DNA of 64,000 bases, from contig OZ257156.1 in assembly GCA_965279375.1 (NCBI GenBank), positions 480,001-544,000 on the forward strand, written 5' to 3'. Shown here piece by piece: positions 36,638 through 47,625 of this stretch. Source of the DNA: Gemmatimonas sp. Lineage in GTDB: Bacteria > Gemmatimonadota > Gemmatimonadetes > Gemmatimonadales > Gemmatimonadaceae. The notes under the pieces are model-generated. The model saw nothing but the letters and a program-made list of their open reading frames with translations, had not been told where the DNA came from and did no database searches. The translations under genes and the position numbers were made by a program. Numbering within the stretch: the stretch's first letter is position 1; each line of letters begins with the position of its first letter.

Positions 36638-38265
36638 TACCGCCAGCTCTTGAGATCCGCGCCCGCCGGTGCATTGGCTTCCATCGTCTTCACCATCTTG
36701 GGCATCAGCTCTGGCATCCCTGGCCCCCAGCAGTGCGGTGCCATCGGCTGAAACACCGTCTCGCCCGTCCATTTGGGCGTCGTCGTCTTCTTGAGGAAGT
36801 CGTCCATCAGATGGACGCCCATGTTCAGGAAGTACGAGTCGGCGTCGCCCACGTAGATGTTCAGCTTGTTGGCCAGCTTGGGGCCGAGCGTGGCCCACTT
36901 GCTCTCGAGCAGGTAGCGGAGGTCGTAGTGCTCCTTCCAGTACTGCGCGACCTGATGATCGATGACACCCGTCTGCTTATTCCAGATCGGCATCGGGTAA
37001 CCATCGGTTGCGACGGGACCGTAGGTCGCTTCCCAGATGTCCCACTGCCCACCGCCGCGCGTGTGGTCGCCGGAGACGAGCTCGTACCAGTTCTCGTCCT
37101 TCATCGTCGCGAGAATGTTGCCGTCGGGCTGACGACGTGTGGGTCGGTCGATCTTCATCCACCCGCGATTCAGAAAGTACGCGTTCGTGTCGGCGTAGAC
37201 GTTGACGATCTGGTGGTAGCGGAAGTCCACGCCATCCGGGCAGAGCGACCAGACGCCCCCGTAGAAGTCGGGATAGAAGACCTGGTGCGCGAGTGAGATC
37301 CATCCGCCCGTTGAGCCGCCGGTGAGCAGGCGCGCCCACGGCTGTCCGATCGCGCGGAACTTCGATTCTACGGCAGGAATGAGCTCCTGCATGATTGCAT
37401 CGCCGTACGGTCCGTTGTTCTCGGAGTTCACGCCGTACGAATCGTCGTAGTAGGGCGACGGATGCTGCAGCGTCGCGACGATCATGCGCGGCGTGCCATC
37501 AGCGTTCCAGTACGGATCGCTCCCCACACGCGGCGCGCGCAGTGAGAAGTGCCCGTGATCGTAGACGATCGGGTACTTCGCGTCGGGATGTTTGTCGTAG
37601 TCCCTGGGGAGTAGCACCGTGGCACCGAGATACATCGGCTGTCCCCACCATTTGGTGAGAATTGTGCTCTGAATCTTGATGCGCTTGACGTTCTCCGTTT
37701 CGGGCGGAATCACGACCGGTGGAATCACCTTGTCCGCCACGAGCGTGATCGGCTTCGGCGATTTGGGATCGAAGGTGATCTTGACCGGTTCGCCGTAGAT
37801 GTTGCCCGGCGACCGCTTCCAGTTCTGTCCTTCCCACTGATCGTTGTGGAGCCACACCGTGTGCCCATCGGCGCGCGCGAACTTGGTGTACACGTTCACG
37901 AACGGCTGGACCCAGTACTCACCAGCGGGAATGTCGCGCAACGACTGCACCGGGTGTCCGAACGTGCCCGCATCGATGATCGCGGACTTGCCGGCCGCGA
38001 GCTGCTCGATGTTCACACCAAAGAGCGGCACACCCGTTTCACCCGACTGGGAAATGGGTGTGCGCTGTGCATCGCTGGTGCGGCTGATGGCGACGTAGAC
38101 GCGCCCGGTGATCGGCGCAGCGTGCGCCGACGCCGCAAAGGCGATTTCGAAGCGAGGCCCTGACTTCGCGCCCGCCGTGCCCTGCGCCACTACCTCTCGC
38201 GCACCCAGCGACGACTGCCAACCGATCAGGGCGACGATCGCCGCTGAACGCGCGAGACTCCTCAT
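36634..38265 (-). CDS. Exported alpha/beta-hydrolase (Fes/enterochelin-esterase-like)
   Basis: [18 protein letters not shown]...ELIP and IYVGDAD motifs, signal peptide. Its ATG overlaps the icd stop. Confidence 0.8.
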   Translation of the reverse strand: MRSLARSAAIVALIGWQSSLGAREVVAQGTAGAKSGPRFEIAFAASAHAAPITGRVYVAISRTSDAQRTPISQSGETGVPLFGVNIEQLAAGKSAIIDAGTFGHPVQSLRDIPAGEYWVQPFVNVYTKFARADGHTVWLHNDQWEGQNWKRSPGNIYGEPVKITFDPKSPKPITLVADKVIPPVVIPPETENVKRIKIQSTILTKWWGQPMYLGATVLLPRDYDKHPDAKYPIVYDHGHFSLRAPRVGSDPYWNADGTPRMIVATLQHPSPYYDDSYGVNSENNGPYGDAIMQELIPAVESKFRAIGQPWARLLTGGSTGGWISLAHQVFYPDFYGGVWSLCPDGVDFRYHQIVNVYADTNAYFLNRGWMKIDRPTRRQPDGNILATMKDENWYELVSGDHTRGGGQWDIWEATYGPVATDGYPMPIWNKQTGVIDHQVAQYWKEHYDLRYLLESKWATLGPKLANKLNIYVGDADSYFLNMGVHLMDDFLKKTTTPKWTGETVFQPMAPHCWGPGMPELMPKMVKTMEANAPAGADLKSWRY

Positions 38266-39479
38266 GCCATCTTCGCCTGCAACCGACGATCGATCGCGTC
38301 GAGGAAATCTTCCGTCGACAACCACGGCGCCGTGCGGCTGATGAGCAGCGCGAGATCCTTCGTCATCTCGCCCGCTTCAACTGCCTCGATGCACACCGCT
38401 TCGAGCTTGTTGGCAAAATCCACCAACTCGGGCGTGCCATCCAGCTTGCCGCGATGCGCCAAGCCACGCGTCCACGCAAAGATCGACGCGATCGGGTTGG
38501 TGCTCGTCTTGTTGCCCTTCTGATGCTCGCGGTAGTGACGCGTGACCGTGCCGTGCGCCGCTTCCGCTTCCATCGTTTTGCCATCGGGCGTGAGCAGCAC
38601 GCTGGTCATGAGGCCGAGCGAACCAAAGCCCTGCGCGACGATATCGGACTGCACGTCGCCATCGTAGTTCTTGCACGCCCACACGTAGCCGCCTTCCCAC
38701 TTGAGTGCGGCCGCGACCATGTCGTCGATCAGGCGATGTTCGTAGGTGATGCCCTTGGCATCGAACTCGGCCTTGAACTCGTCGTTGAAGACCTGCTCGA
38801 AGATGTCCTTGAACTGGCCGTCGTAGGCCTTGAGGATCGTGTTCTTGGTGCTCAGGTACACGGGATAGTTGCGCTGCAGGCCGTAGGTGAGGCTGGCGCG
38901 CGCAAAATCGCGGATGGAATCGTTGAAGTTGTACATGCCCATCGCCACGCCGCCATCGTCACCAAACTTGGCGACCTGCATCTCCATCGGCGCGCTGCCA
39001 TCGGCGGGCGTGTACGTGATGGTGACCGTGCCGGCGCCCGGTACCTTGAAGTCGGTCGCCTTGTACTGGTCGGCGTGCGCATGACGGCCAATGACGATCG
39101 GCTTGGTCCATCCCGGCACGAGACGCGGGATGTTCGACATGATGATCGGCTCGCGGAAAATCACGCCGCCAAGAATGTTGCGAATCGTCCCGTTGGGGCT
39201 CTTCCACATCTTCTTGAGGTTGAACTCCTTCACGCGTGCTTCGTCCGGCGTGATCGTCGCACACTTCACCGCGACGCCATGCTTCTTCGTCGCTTCGGCC
39301 GAATCGATCGTGACCTGATCGTTCGTCGCGTCGCGATGCTCGATACCAAGGTCGTAGTAGTCCAGTTGGATATCGAGATACGGCAGGATCAACTTGTCCT
39401 TGATGAACTGCCAGATGATGCGCGTCATCTCGTCGCCGTCCATCTCGACGACCGGGTTCACTACCTTGATTTTGGCCAT
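38262..39479 (-). CDS. icd: NADP-dependent isocitrate dehydrogenase (type II homodimeric)
   Basis: [39 protein letters not shown] and [10 protein letters not shown] motifs. Confidence 0.97.
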   Translation of the reverse strand: MAKIKVVNPVVEMDGDEMTRIIWQFIKDKLILPYLDIQLDYYDLGIEHRDATNDQVTIDSAEATKKHGVAVKCATITPDEARVKEFNLKKMWKSPNGTIRNILGGVIFREPIIMSNIPRLVPGWTKPIVIGRHAHADQYKATDFKVPGAGTVTITYTPADGSAPMEMQVAKFGDDGGVAMGMYNFNDSIRDFARASLTYGLQRNYPVYLSTKNTILKAYDGQFKDIFEQVFNDEFKAEFDAKGITYEHRLIDDMVAAALKWEGGYVWACKNYDGDVQSDIVAQGFGSLGLMTSVLLTPDGKTMEAEAAHGTVTRHYREHQKGNKTSTNPIASIFAWTRGLAHRGKLDGTPELVDFANKLEAVCIEAVEAGEMTKDLALLISRTAPWLSTEDFLDAIDRRLQAKMA

Positions 39480-39642
39480 GGCTTCGGTGGGTGCGTTGTC
39501 GCGCGAGGCCGTTGAGGAGGGCGCCGCGCGGGTGAGGTGGGAGTCCGTACACGTTAGCCGCTGGGCGCGGTGCGTCCAGTCGATGTACCCATCCCGGTCA
39601 GTCGATCAAAACTGCCGATTTTATACTAGAGCTCGTTTCGCT

Positions 39643-42333
39643 TCAGCGCACCCCGAACCAAAAGCTGACCTTCGCCACCAGAATGTTGTCGCCGGCGGCA
39701 TGCGTGGCATCAAGCAGGTCGCGCGGAGAAATCAGCAGCCCCGTGCCTGTCGCATCCTGGCGGCTCTGCTGCCAGACGAGAAAGGCAGTGCTCCCTGGCA
39801 GCCACTCCCAGCGCAGCACGAGGTTGGAGCGGAATGACAGACGGTTGAAGTCGAGCGCGGGGATATTGAACCGGTCCGCACCGTCGGTCACGGCCGTGAC
39901 ACCGTTGGCCTGCTGTTGCGCGGTGGTTCCGGTTCCAGGGGCGCCGAACACCCGCAGTACCTTGCTACGAGGCGCCGACAGCTCGCCAAACTGGTAGAAA
40001 TTCCCGCTGGCGGCGAACGGCTCTGCGTACCCCTCGACCGTGAAATTCGGAGTGAACGCATAGTTCAGTCGAAAGCGCGCCGACAACGTGCTGCGCTCGA
40101 TGAACGAAAAGACGTAGCGCTGCTTGAACGTCGCCGCGCTTCCTCCACCGCGCGTGAGCACGTACTGCCGCGGGTCCACCGCACGCGAATACGTCGGATC
40201 GACGGACGCCTGCCAGCGCGACGCGGGACGCACGGTCAACCCAGTCGTCGCGCTCCAGTTCCATCCGCCAAAGTCGTCGCGATAGTACGTGAACCGCGAG
40301 GACCACGTCGTCGGCACATTCGCTCGGCTCGTCAGACCGGCCGTGAACTGCTGCCCACTCGGCGTCGCAATCAGCGGTCCGCCACGTGTGAGATCATCGC
40401 TCTGCGATCCGACGTAGCGCGTCGCGCCAGCACTCACGCGCCAGAAGTTGTGTAGCGTCGCCGAAAAATTCTCCGAGAAGCGCAGGTACTGGCGAATGCC
40501 GCCGAAATTCCACCCCGCCTGCGTGGATGTGCCGAAGTTGAAGAAGCGCACATACTTGTTGGGCTTCGTATCGCGCAACTGCACGTCGGCGTTGAAATCG
40601 ATGTCGTCGGCGCTGCGCATCTGCCCAGCGTCGTTGATCTCGAAGCCCGGCGAGCGCGTCGAGAGCTGGATGCCGCCAAGCGAAAACCGTCCAGCGTTCT
40701 TGTCGAGCCGCAGCGACGTACTCATGCCGCGCAGCGTCGTGCGCAGTGAGTCGAAGCGAATGTGCGTCTGATCGGGGCGCTGGAAGAAGTGCGCACTGTT
40801 GCGCTGCAGGCGCGCGATGGCCGCCGGATCCCCCTCCACCGAGCTTCCGCCCAGCCAGCCGGTGATCTCGTACATCCCCTGCTTGTAGCGCAGCTTCCAA
40901 TCCACCCCACCGGCCACCGCGCTGGACGGCAGCAGCTGCTGCAATGCACCACGTGCGTCGAGCGAGTGCTGCACGCCGGTCAGCGAGAGCCCCACGTTGG
41001 ACTGCTGCTTGCCGAACTCCTGCTGCAAGCGCAGAACGGCGAACTGATTGGGAGGCTCGACAGCGGAACGTCCGACGGAGTCCGAGGCCAGCGTGTAGGT
41101 ACGCGCAAACTCGCGTGGCGTGATGGCAGCGAGCGCACCGATCGAGAGCCCGCGCGAAAACCGTCCCGTGACCTTGGCCGCTGTGGTGATAGTGGTGTTG
41201 GTAGGCGCATCCACGAAGTCGCCACGCGCCGAGCCATGCGGTGAGGCGCCAATGCGACGACTGTAGAACCAGGTGGGACGCCCGATGAAGCTCTGGCCGC
41301 GCCCCGTCAGCAGCTCGTTCCCCTCGATGAAGAACGGTCGCCGCTCCTCGAAGACATTCTCGAATGCGGTGAGGTTGACGACGGCAGGATCGGCTTCGAC
41401 TTGCCCGAAGTCTGGATTGATCGTGGCGTCGAGCGTGAGGTTTGGCCCTAACCCAACCTTGAGATCGCCACCGATGCGGCCGTGATAGCGATCGCTGAAC
41501 GGGTTGGCAGGATTCACATTCGCGCGCTGCGTCACGTCCGTCGCCAGGTACGGGAGCAGCTCCATGCGACGCGCCGGTGGAATCCCTTCGATGCCGTCGA
41601 GTCGGCCGAACCTCGACGAGAATCCTGCGGCCGACACGGGAATCATTGCCCACTGCAAGCGTTCGGCGATGTCCGCCACGTTGCGCGTGAGCTGCATCCC
41701 CCACGTATGCATCGGCGCCGCATTGAAGCGCAGCTGTGAGAATGGAATGCGCATCTCTGCGGTCCATCCTTCCGCGTCCACGCGCGCGCGCGCGCTCCAC
41801 ACGGGATCGAACTGCAGTTCCCGGCCACTGTCTTCGCTGTCCTGCGAGTGATACGCGTCGCCGCGCACACCGCCTGAGGACACCGTGAAGCTGTACGCCG
41901 TCCGTCGGTCGAGATACGTGTCGAGCGAGATGGTGATCGTCTCCGCGTCGCTGTCGCCGTCGCGACGAGTCACCGATGTGCGAATGGCGCTCGGATCGGG
42001 GCGATACATGCGCGCCCCCACATACACCGCGTCGTCATCGTACAGGATGCGGACCGAAGTACGCACACTCGGCGTGGCGCCTTCGATCGGGATCTTCTGC
42101 ACGAAGTCTTCGATCGGCGTGGCCTTGGACCACGCCGCGTCATCAAGCACGCCGTCGATGCGCGGCGCACTGTTCGTGATGTGCGCGGCGCGTGCATGCT
42201 TTCCCGGAGCCTGCGCGGTCACGACGCGCGTCGTCGCGACCGAGAGCGCGGCCAGCAGTACAGCGGCGAGGTGTCCGGGCGGAGTCGACCGGAGCCGCGA
42301 CTTGGGCGCGAACGGAAGCCTGAGCGAGAGCAT
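39643..42333 (-). CDS. CBM9-like plus DUF5916 outer-membrane protein
   Basis: PRIDGVLDDAAW, WTAEMRIPFSQLRF, TINPDFGQVEAD, E.RPFF.EG and FYSRRIG motifs. Start ATG 42333. Confidence 0.88.
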   Translation of the reverse strand: MLSLRLPFAPKSRLRSTPPGHLAAVLLAALSVATTRVVTAQAPGKHARAAHITNSAPRIDGVLDDAAWSKATPIEDFVQKIPIEGATPSVRTSVRILYDDDAVYVGARMYRPDPSAIRTSVTRRDGDSDAETITISLDTYLDRRTAYSFTVSSGGVRGDAYHSQDSEDSGRELQFDPVWSARARVDAEGWTAEMRIPFSQLRFNAAPMHTWGMQLTRNVADIAERLQWAMIPVSAAGFSSRFGRLDGIEGIPPARRMELLPYLATDVTQRANVNPANPFSDRYHGRIGGDLKVGLGPNLTLDATINPDFGQVEADPAVVNLTAFENVFEERRPFFIEGNELLTGRGQSFIGRPTWFYSRRIGASPHGSARGDFVDAPTNTTITTAAKVTGRFSRGLSIGALAAITPREFARTYTLASDSVGRSAVEPPNQFAVLRLQQEFGKQQSNVGLSLTGVQHSLDARGALQQLLPSSAVAGGVDWKLRYKQGMYEITGWLGGSSVEGDPAAIARLQRNSAHFFQRPDQTHIRFDSLRTTLRGMSTSLRLDKNAGRFSLGGIQLSTRSPGFEINDAGQMRSADDIDFNADVQLRDTKPNKYVRFFNFGTSTQAGWNFGGIRQYLRFSENFSATLHNFWRVSAGATRYVGSQSDDLTRGGPLIATPSGQQFTAGLTSRANVPTTWSSRFTYYRDDFGGWNWSATTGLTVRPASRWQASVDPTYSRAVDPRQYVLTRGGGSAATFKQRYVFSFIERSTLSARFRLNYAFTPNFTVEGYAEPFAASGNFYQFGELSAPRSKVLRVFGAPGTGTTAQQQANGVTAVTDGADRFNIPALDFNRLSFRSNLVLRWEWLPGSTAFLVWQQSRQDATGTGLLISPRDLLDATHAAGDNILVAKVSFWFGVR

Positions 42334-42377
42334 GCGACAATCTAGCGCTACCCGTCGCGCCCGCTCGTTCACCGCGG

Positions 42378-43808
42378 CTAGAGCTGCCCGGTGGAGCCCC
42401 AATTGGCGAGCTGTCGCTGGTACGCGGGATCGTCGTAGCGCGCGAGCGCGAACGCTGGCGCATACGAGGGCAACACACCACCTGTGATCTGCGCAGCCAG
42501 CAGTTCGGCGGCAGCGGGTGCGGCCATCAGCCCAAAGCCGGAGAACGCTGCGCACACATACGCACCCTGCACGGAGAGTGGTCCGACGAGCGGACGATTC
42601 TCGATGGTCTTCGTGTAGTAGCCGCCATCCACGTAGCTGTGCGGCAGTGCGTCGAGATAGTGCGCGAGACCGGGCGCCAGCTGCACCAGGCCGCGCAGCG
42701 CCAGCTCGGGATAGAGCGGGTCATCCGGCAATGGCAGCACGGCCGCATCGTAGCGGTGCGTGCTGTGATAGTCCCAGAGCATCAGCACGGTCTTGCTGCC
42801 GTGGTAACCCTCGGGGCGCATGTGAATGCCCGCCGGAAATGGCTCGGTGAGCCAGCGGGTGGCGTCGTCGGCGGCCAGCTCGTCACGGACATCATCCGGC
42901 CACTGGAGTGTCTGTGCGTCGTCGAGAATGACCAACCCTGTGTTGCGGTCCACGACCCCGTGCACGTCCTCGAACGCGACCTTGAGATGCAGCTCCGAGA
43001 AGAGCGGCAGCTCGACGCCCACGAGCGCGGCCACCTCGCGGGCGAATGGACCCGCCGCGTTCACGAATGTCTGCGTGCCCATCAGCTCACGCGTGCCATT
43101 GGCGTGCTCGATCTCCACCGCACGCACTTCGTTCGCGACGACCTGTACCTGCGACACGCGCCCCGAAACGAATCGTACGCCGGCCGCTTTCGCCTGCTCC
43201 AACAGCATCATGCCGAACTGCTGACCACTGAACCAGCCGCACCGTCGTGCGTGCAACACGGCCACAATATTGTCGGCGAGGAACGGAAAGTGCTCCTGGA
43301 TCGCCTCCTGATCGAGAAACAGGTCGGCACCTTCCGGATGATCTGTGTAGCCGGTGTGCGCGCTTGGGCGATACGCCCGCGCCTCGCTGCGCGAGCGATA
43401 CACGCGCACGCTCCCGGTGCCCTGCGACTCGGCCAGCACCGCATCCGCGGCGAACTGCGCGGCCTTGGCGGGATCGCTCGTCGTGTAGAGGTAGCCGCGT
43501 CGATTGAGCAGAAACCGATTGTCGTTGGCCGCGGCCAGCGCTTCGATCTTGTCGATGCTCCGGTTCATGAACCGCACCATCGCATCGTCCGGCCCGGGCC
43601 ACCAATTGCGGTACGCTTCGGTGGACTTGTCGCTGGTGAGCGACATCGGCTCTCGCTCGTCCACCAGTACAACGTTGCGAACGCCATGCGTGACCGCGAG
43701 TTCATGCGCGACGGCAATTCCCGCGATCCCTGCGCCGCAAATCACCACCTCCGCGCGTGCCGCTGCATTGTCCGCCAGCTCCACGCCGATCGTCCCGTGC
43801 GAAGTCAT
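42378..43808 (-). CDS. FAD-dependent oxidoreductase (DAO / sarcosine oxidase beta-like)
   Basis: VVICGAGIAG, VNAAGP, GGYY....RPLVG and SGFGLM motifs. Confidence 0.88.
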   Translation of the reverse strand: MTSHGTIGVELADNAAARAEVVICGAGIAGIAVAHELAVTHGVRNVVLVDEREPMSLTSDKSTEAYRNWWPGPDDAMVRFMNRSIDKIEALAAANDNRFLLNRRGYLYTTSDPAKAAQFAADAVLAESQGTGSVRVYRSRSEARAYRPSAHTGYTDHPEGADLFLDQEAIQEHFPFLADNIVAVLHARRCGWFSGQQFGMMLLEQAKAAGVRFVSGRVSQVQVVANEVRAVEIEHANGTRELMGTQTFVNAAGPFAREVAALVGVELPLFSELHLKVAFEDVHGVVDRNTGLVILDDAQTLQWPDDVRDELAADDATRWLTEPFPAGIHMRPEGYHGSKTVLMLWDYHSTHRYDAAVLPLPDDPLYPELALRGLVQLAPGLAHYLDALPHSYVDGGYYTKTIENRPLVGPLSVQGAYVCAAFSGFGLMAAPAAAELLAAQITGGVLPSYAPAFALARYDDPAYQRQLANWGSTGQL

Positions 43809-43818
43809 ATCAGGTTCG

Positions 43819-45246
43819 CTACGCCTTTGCGCTGATGTCCACGGCGATGCCTCGCCACTTGCCCTGATTGAACCGCATCACGCTCAGCGCGCAACGCGCC
43901 ACATGCCCGGAGAGAATCGCGAGCCAGATGTGGATCGGCTGCAACGTAGCCGTCGAGCGAATGAAGAAGCAGATGCCGAGTGGAATCGCGACCTGCGAGA
44001 TCAACGAGATGTAGAGCGGACTCTTGGTGTCGCCCGAGCCTTGCAGGCCGCCGGTGAACGTGATCCCCACCGAGATGAACAGTCCGGAAACACTGAGGAC
44101 GCGCAACAGCTGCGTGCCGATCTCCACGACCGCCGGCTCGTTGAGCCCGAAGACCGCGAGTAGCTGTCGCGGCAGGAAGAAGTAGAAGACACCAAGTACC
44201 GATGCACCAGCGAGTCCGATGCGCGCTGCGACCCAGACAGCATCGCGCGCACGATCCGGCTGCCCAGCGCCGATGTTCTGCCCCACTACCGTTGCCGCTG
44301 CGCCAAGCAGGCCGACCGATGTCCAGGTGACGAAGGAGAAGAGCTGTCCGTATGACACGGCAAACGCCGCCTGCGCCGCCGCGCCCTGGGCGAGCGACCC
44401 GATGAACGACAGCATCAGCACGCCGCCCACGTTCATGGCGATGCCCTGGATGCCGGTCGGCAGCCCGAAGCGGAAGAGCGACGCGATGATCGTCCAGTCC
44501 GGGCGAAGCGATTCGCCACGCGGGAAGGAGACCACCCAGCCTCCGCGAATGAGCTTGCTGAGCGCGTAGATCGCGACGATGCCTGACGCCATCGTGGTTC
44601 CCATCGCGGCTCCCTTGGTGCCGAACGCGGGAATGGGTCCGAGTCCACGAATGAGCACGACATTGAGCGCGATGTTGAGCAATGTCATGCTGATGCCCAA
44701 TCGCATCGGCGTCTTCGCATCACCGGCGGAACGCAATGCGCCGCCCAGCATGAAGAAGACAAGCATCCCGCTGCTGAAGAGGAACATGATGCGCAGAAAC
44801 GGCAGCGCTTCCGCCTTCACCAACGGCTTCGCATTCACGAGATCGAGCAGGTACGGCGCCAACACGTACCCGATGGGCGCCAGCACGAATATCGACAGGC
44901 CGATCGCGGTGAGAAATGCCTGATAGACGGTGCGATCGACTTTGGCTTCCTCACCCGCGCCGGCAAAGCGTGCAACCAGCACGCTCATGCCGGTGAACAG
45001 CGACGAGATGAACACGATGACGACGAGGAAGATCTGCCACGCGACACCGATCGCGGCGTTTCCGTTGAAGCCAACGAAGTGCCCGACCATCACATGGTCC
45101 ACGATCCCCTGCAGCCCGCCGATGATATTGGTGAGCATCGTCGGAAACGCGATCTTCCACACCGCGGCCGGCAGTGGCCCTTCGATGATCGAGCGATCGT
45201 AGCGACGCTGCGCCGCAGTGTTGGTGCTCGTGCTTGCAGAGGCCAG
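43819..45246 (-). CDS. MATE-family efflux transporter
   Basis: D..MVG, LRSAGDAKTPM, N..L..G.GP.P..G..GAA and LQGSGDTK motifs, many hydrophobic segments. Start uncertain. Confidence 0.9.
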   Translation of the reverse strand: MASASTSTNTAAQRRYDRSIIEGPLPAAVWKIAFPTMLTNIIGGLQGIVDHVMVGHFVGFNGNAAIGVAWQIFLVVIVFISSLFTGMSVLVARFAGAGEEAKVDRTVYQAFLTAIGLSIFVLAPIGYVLAPYLLDLVNAKPLVKAEALPFLRIMFLFSSGMLVFFMLGGALRSAGDAKTPMRLGISMTLLNIALNVVLIRGLGPIPAFGTKGAAMGTTMASGIVAIYALSKLIRGGWVVSFPRGESLRPDWTIIASLFRFGLPTGIQGIAMNVGGVLMLSFIGSLAQGAAAQAAFAVSYGQLFSFVTWTSVGLLGAAATVVGQNIGAGQPDRARDAVWVAARIGLAGASVLGVFYFFLPRQLLAVFGLNEPAVVEIGTQLLRVLSVSGLFISVGITFTGGLQGSGDTKSPLYISLISQVAIPLGICFFIRSTATLQPIHIWLAILSGHVARCALSVMRFNQGKWRGIAVDISAKA

Positions 45247-45247
45247 C

Positions 45248-45775
45248 TTACTTCTCCGAAACGGTCTTGAGCGCGGCGAGTCCCTTCTCGAAGTCACCGC
45301 CGATGAGTGAGTCCATGCTGATGAAGACACACATGATCTTGGAGACGAAGGGCATCGGTCCCGTCATGGTCCACGTCACATTCGTCATGTCGCCACTGGG
45401 CACCATGTCGAAAGTCGTCGTGTTGTGCCCCTCGATGGGCGTGATGAAGTCCAACTTGATCGTCACCTTGGACGGTGCCGCCGCCTCGGTGATTCCCATG
45501 CGTCCCGAGCCGACGTCGGAGTTGCCGGTCCATTCGTAGACGGCGCCCGGACCGCTCGCCGGTCCGCTGTAGGTCGTCTTCATCGCCGGATCGAGTTTGG
45601 CCCACGGCGACCATGCCTCCCAACCGTGGAAGTCGTTGATCTGGGCGAAGACCTTGTCCGGCGTGGCCTTGATGGACGTCGTTCGAACGACGGAGAACGT
45701 ATCCGGCTGCCGCGTGGCAAGTCCCAGCACCACCGCAATAAGCAGGACGATTCCGATCGCGATCTTCTTGAGCAT
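45248..45775 (-). CDS. SRPBCC / polyketide cyclase-family protein
   Basis: F.V.R...I.A, WSPW..LDP, GA.YEW.GN..VG.G and IG.DFEKGL motifs. Confidence 0.9.
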   Translation of the reverse strand: MLKKIAIGIVLLIAVVLGLATRQPDTFSVVRTTSIKATPDKVFAQINDFHGWEAWSPWAKLDPAMKTTYSGPASGPGAVYEWTGNSDVGSGRMGITEAAAPSKVTIKLDFITPIEGHNTTTFDMVPSGDMTNVTWTMTGPMPFVSKIMCVFISMDSLIGGDFEKGLAALKTVSEK

Positions 45776-45828
45776 CTGTACTCCGCGGCGGGAGGGAGGA
45801 GTGGGTGGAAGCGCGTGGTTGTTGCGTG

Positions 45829-47085
45829 CTACTTCGGCCAGCCCGTCTGTGGCAGCGACGGCGTGAGTCGCAGCGCGTTCTGGAAATACACCTTCTTGAG
45901 GACGGCATCCGGCAGGTCAATGCCGTAGAGCTTCCAAAAGGCGTGGTAGCCGCGGTAGTAGTCGAAGTAGTCGTCGCGCGTCTCGAAGACGCGCCAGTAG
46001 TACGGATACTCCTCGGGCTGGAAGGAGTCCTTGCCGAAGAGAATGCGATCCTGGAACTGAATGAAGAAGTCGCGCATCGCACGCGGCTGACGGCCGATGT
46101 CGTACAGCACCGCACCGATCTCCGTGTACACGTTCGGCATCTCGGTCATCATCTTGCCGAGGCGCGGCAGGTCGTTCGCGTGCCATCCCATGTGCGCGGC
46201 AACGAACGTCGTCTTCTTGTGCTTGCGGAAAAGATTGTCCCGTTCGGTCATCAGCTGATCGAAGGTCGGGAACCGGTCGGGCGGATAGCGACGCTCAGCG
46301 AAGAGTGCCATCTCCAGCCAACGCTCGTTGTTGTTGTCGAGTGGCTTGAAGAACTCCTGCGGATCGGCGGTGTGAATGAACACGGGCAGCTTGAGCCGCG
46401 CGCACGCTTCCCAGATCGGATCGAGATCGGGATCGTCGATCTTGAGACGAGAGCCGTCGGCCTTCTTGATGTTGAGTCCAAGGCTCTTGGGAATTTCGCC
46501 GACGCCGACAGCGCCTGCTGCCACATCCGCTTCGAGCTGCGCAATCGCCTTCTCCGCCCACCCCGGGCCGACGCCCGAGAAGTTGATGCCCGCCAGCACG
46601 CGCACCCGATCCTTCATGGTCGGCGACGCGCGAATCACCGCCATCGCGCGCGTGAGTCGTTCACCGGAGGCATTATCGGCCACGACCATCATGCGCACGT
46701 TGAGACTATCGAGCGACGCCTGCAGTGAGGCGATCCCTTCGGCGCTGCCGAGCAGTCCCTGCGGATGTCCGTGATAGTCGATCGCGGGGAACTTGGCCGT
46801 CTTCACCATGTGCGGCGTGTTCACCAGCGTGGACTTGGGGCGGTAGTCCACGATGCTCGGCGCTGGCAGCTCAGGCGCCATGCAGCTACGCGGCCGGATC
46901 TCCGTCATGCCCGGCGGACACTGCTCGCCGGGCTGAATGGTGGTCGTCCCGCGAAACCCGCCGCGACCGCCGGCCGGCTGCTGCGCCGCCAGCGAATGGC
47001 CGTGCAGCAGCAGGGCGCTCGTGAACACACTCGCGAGCGCCTTGTGAAGGATCGTGAGATTGGACCAACGCGTACCGTGGCGCAT
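45829..47085 (-). CDS. Exported amidohydrolase_2-family protein
   Basis: IDYHGH, VGE, PVFIHTADP, AAHMG and DRILFGKD motifs. Confidence 0.88.
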   Translation of the reverse strand: MRHGTRWSNLTILHKALASVFTSALLLHGHSLAAQQPAGGRGGFRGTTTIQPGEQCPPGMTEIRPRSCMAPELPAPSIVDYRPKSTLVNTPHMVKTAKFPAIDYHGHPQGLLGSAEGIASLQASLDSLNVRMMVVADNASGERLTRAMAVIRASPTMKDRVRVLAGINFSGVGPGWAEKAIAQLEADVAAGAVGVGEIPKSLGLNIKKADGSRLKIDDPDLDPIWEACARLKLPVFIHTADPQEFFKPLDNNNERWLEMALFAERRYPPDRFPTFDQLMTERDNLFRKHKKTTFVAAHMGWHANDLPRLGKMMTEMPNVYTEIGAVLYDIGRQPRAMRDFFIQFQDRILFGKDSFQPEEYPYYWRVFETRDDYFDYYRGYHAFWKLYGIDLPDAVLKKVYFQNALRLTPSLPQTGWPK

Positions 47086-47118
47086 GCGCTCTCCTGAGAG
47101 CCGAAAGGATCAGAGAAA

Positions 47119-47625
47119 CTAGTTGATGCGCTCGTACGTGGCGAAGGTGACGCCAGTCGTCTTCCCGGCGCCGTCGTCGCGCATGTAGATGACTGCGATG
47201 GTCCGTCCATCCAGCGAGAGCACGTTGGTCAGCCGCTGCGTGACGCGACCGTCCTTCTTGTTGGTGATCTCATTGATGTACGGACTTACGGATTTCACCG
47301 CTGCGTGTGTCTGGCCCGCATTGCCCGTGACCGGCATGTCCTTGCCGTCGAACTCGGTCGTGTACCACCAGCGCGTGGTGTCGCCTTTGGCGTTCACCGA
47401 CTGAATCGTGACCTTCATGCCGGTCGCGCCGAGTGCTTCGTAGGTCATGATGTTGCTGGTGGGCGGCGGAGCGTCCGACTTGAGCTGCCAGCGACCAAAG
47501 CGCGGGTTGGCAGCCTGCGCCTCCAGCGCGCCGCCACGAGGCGCCGCCAGCGGTGCAGCGAAGCAGAGAAATGCGATACGGACCGCAACGTGGAGCGGCG
47601 TACGCGTGGCCACGGGCTGGCTCAT
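47119..47625 (-). CDS. Exported hypothetical protein (small beta-rich)
   Basis: GAGG RBS, signal peptide, G.W.L start, FDGKD.PVTG and LS.DGRT motifs. Confidence 0.7.
   Translation of the reverse strand: MSQPVATRTPLHVAVRIAFLCFAAPLAAPRGGALEAQAANPRFGRWQLKSDAPPPTSNIMTYEALGATGMKVTIQSVNAKGDTTRWWYTTEFDGKDMPVTGNAGQTHAAVKSVSPYINEITNKKDGRVTQRLTNVLSLDGRTIAVIYMRDDGAGKTTGVTFATYERIN

Noticed and set aside
47090..47120. CTGAGAG-CCGAAAGG...GAAA as a hammerhead ribozyme
   Set aside because: The core does not fit CUGANGA and the stems are missing. The region also holds the RBS of the adjacent gene.
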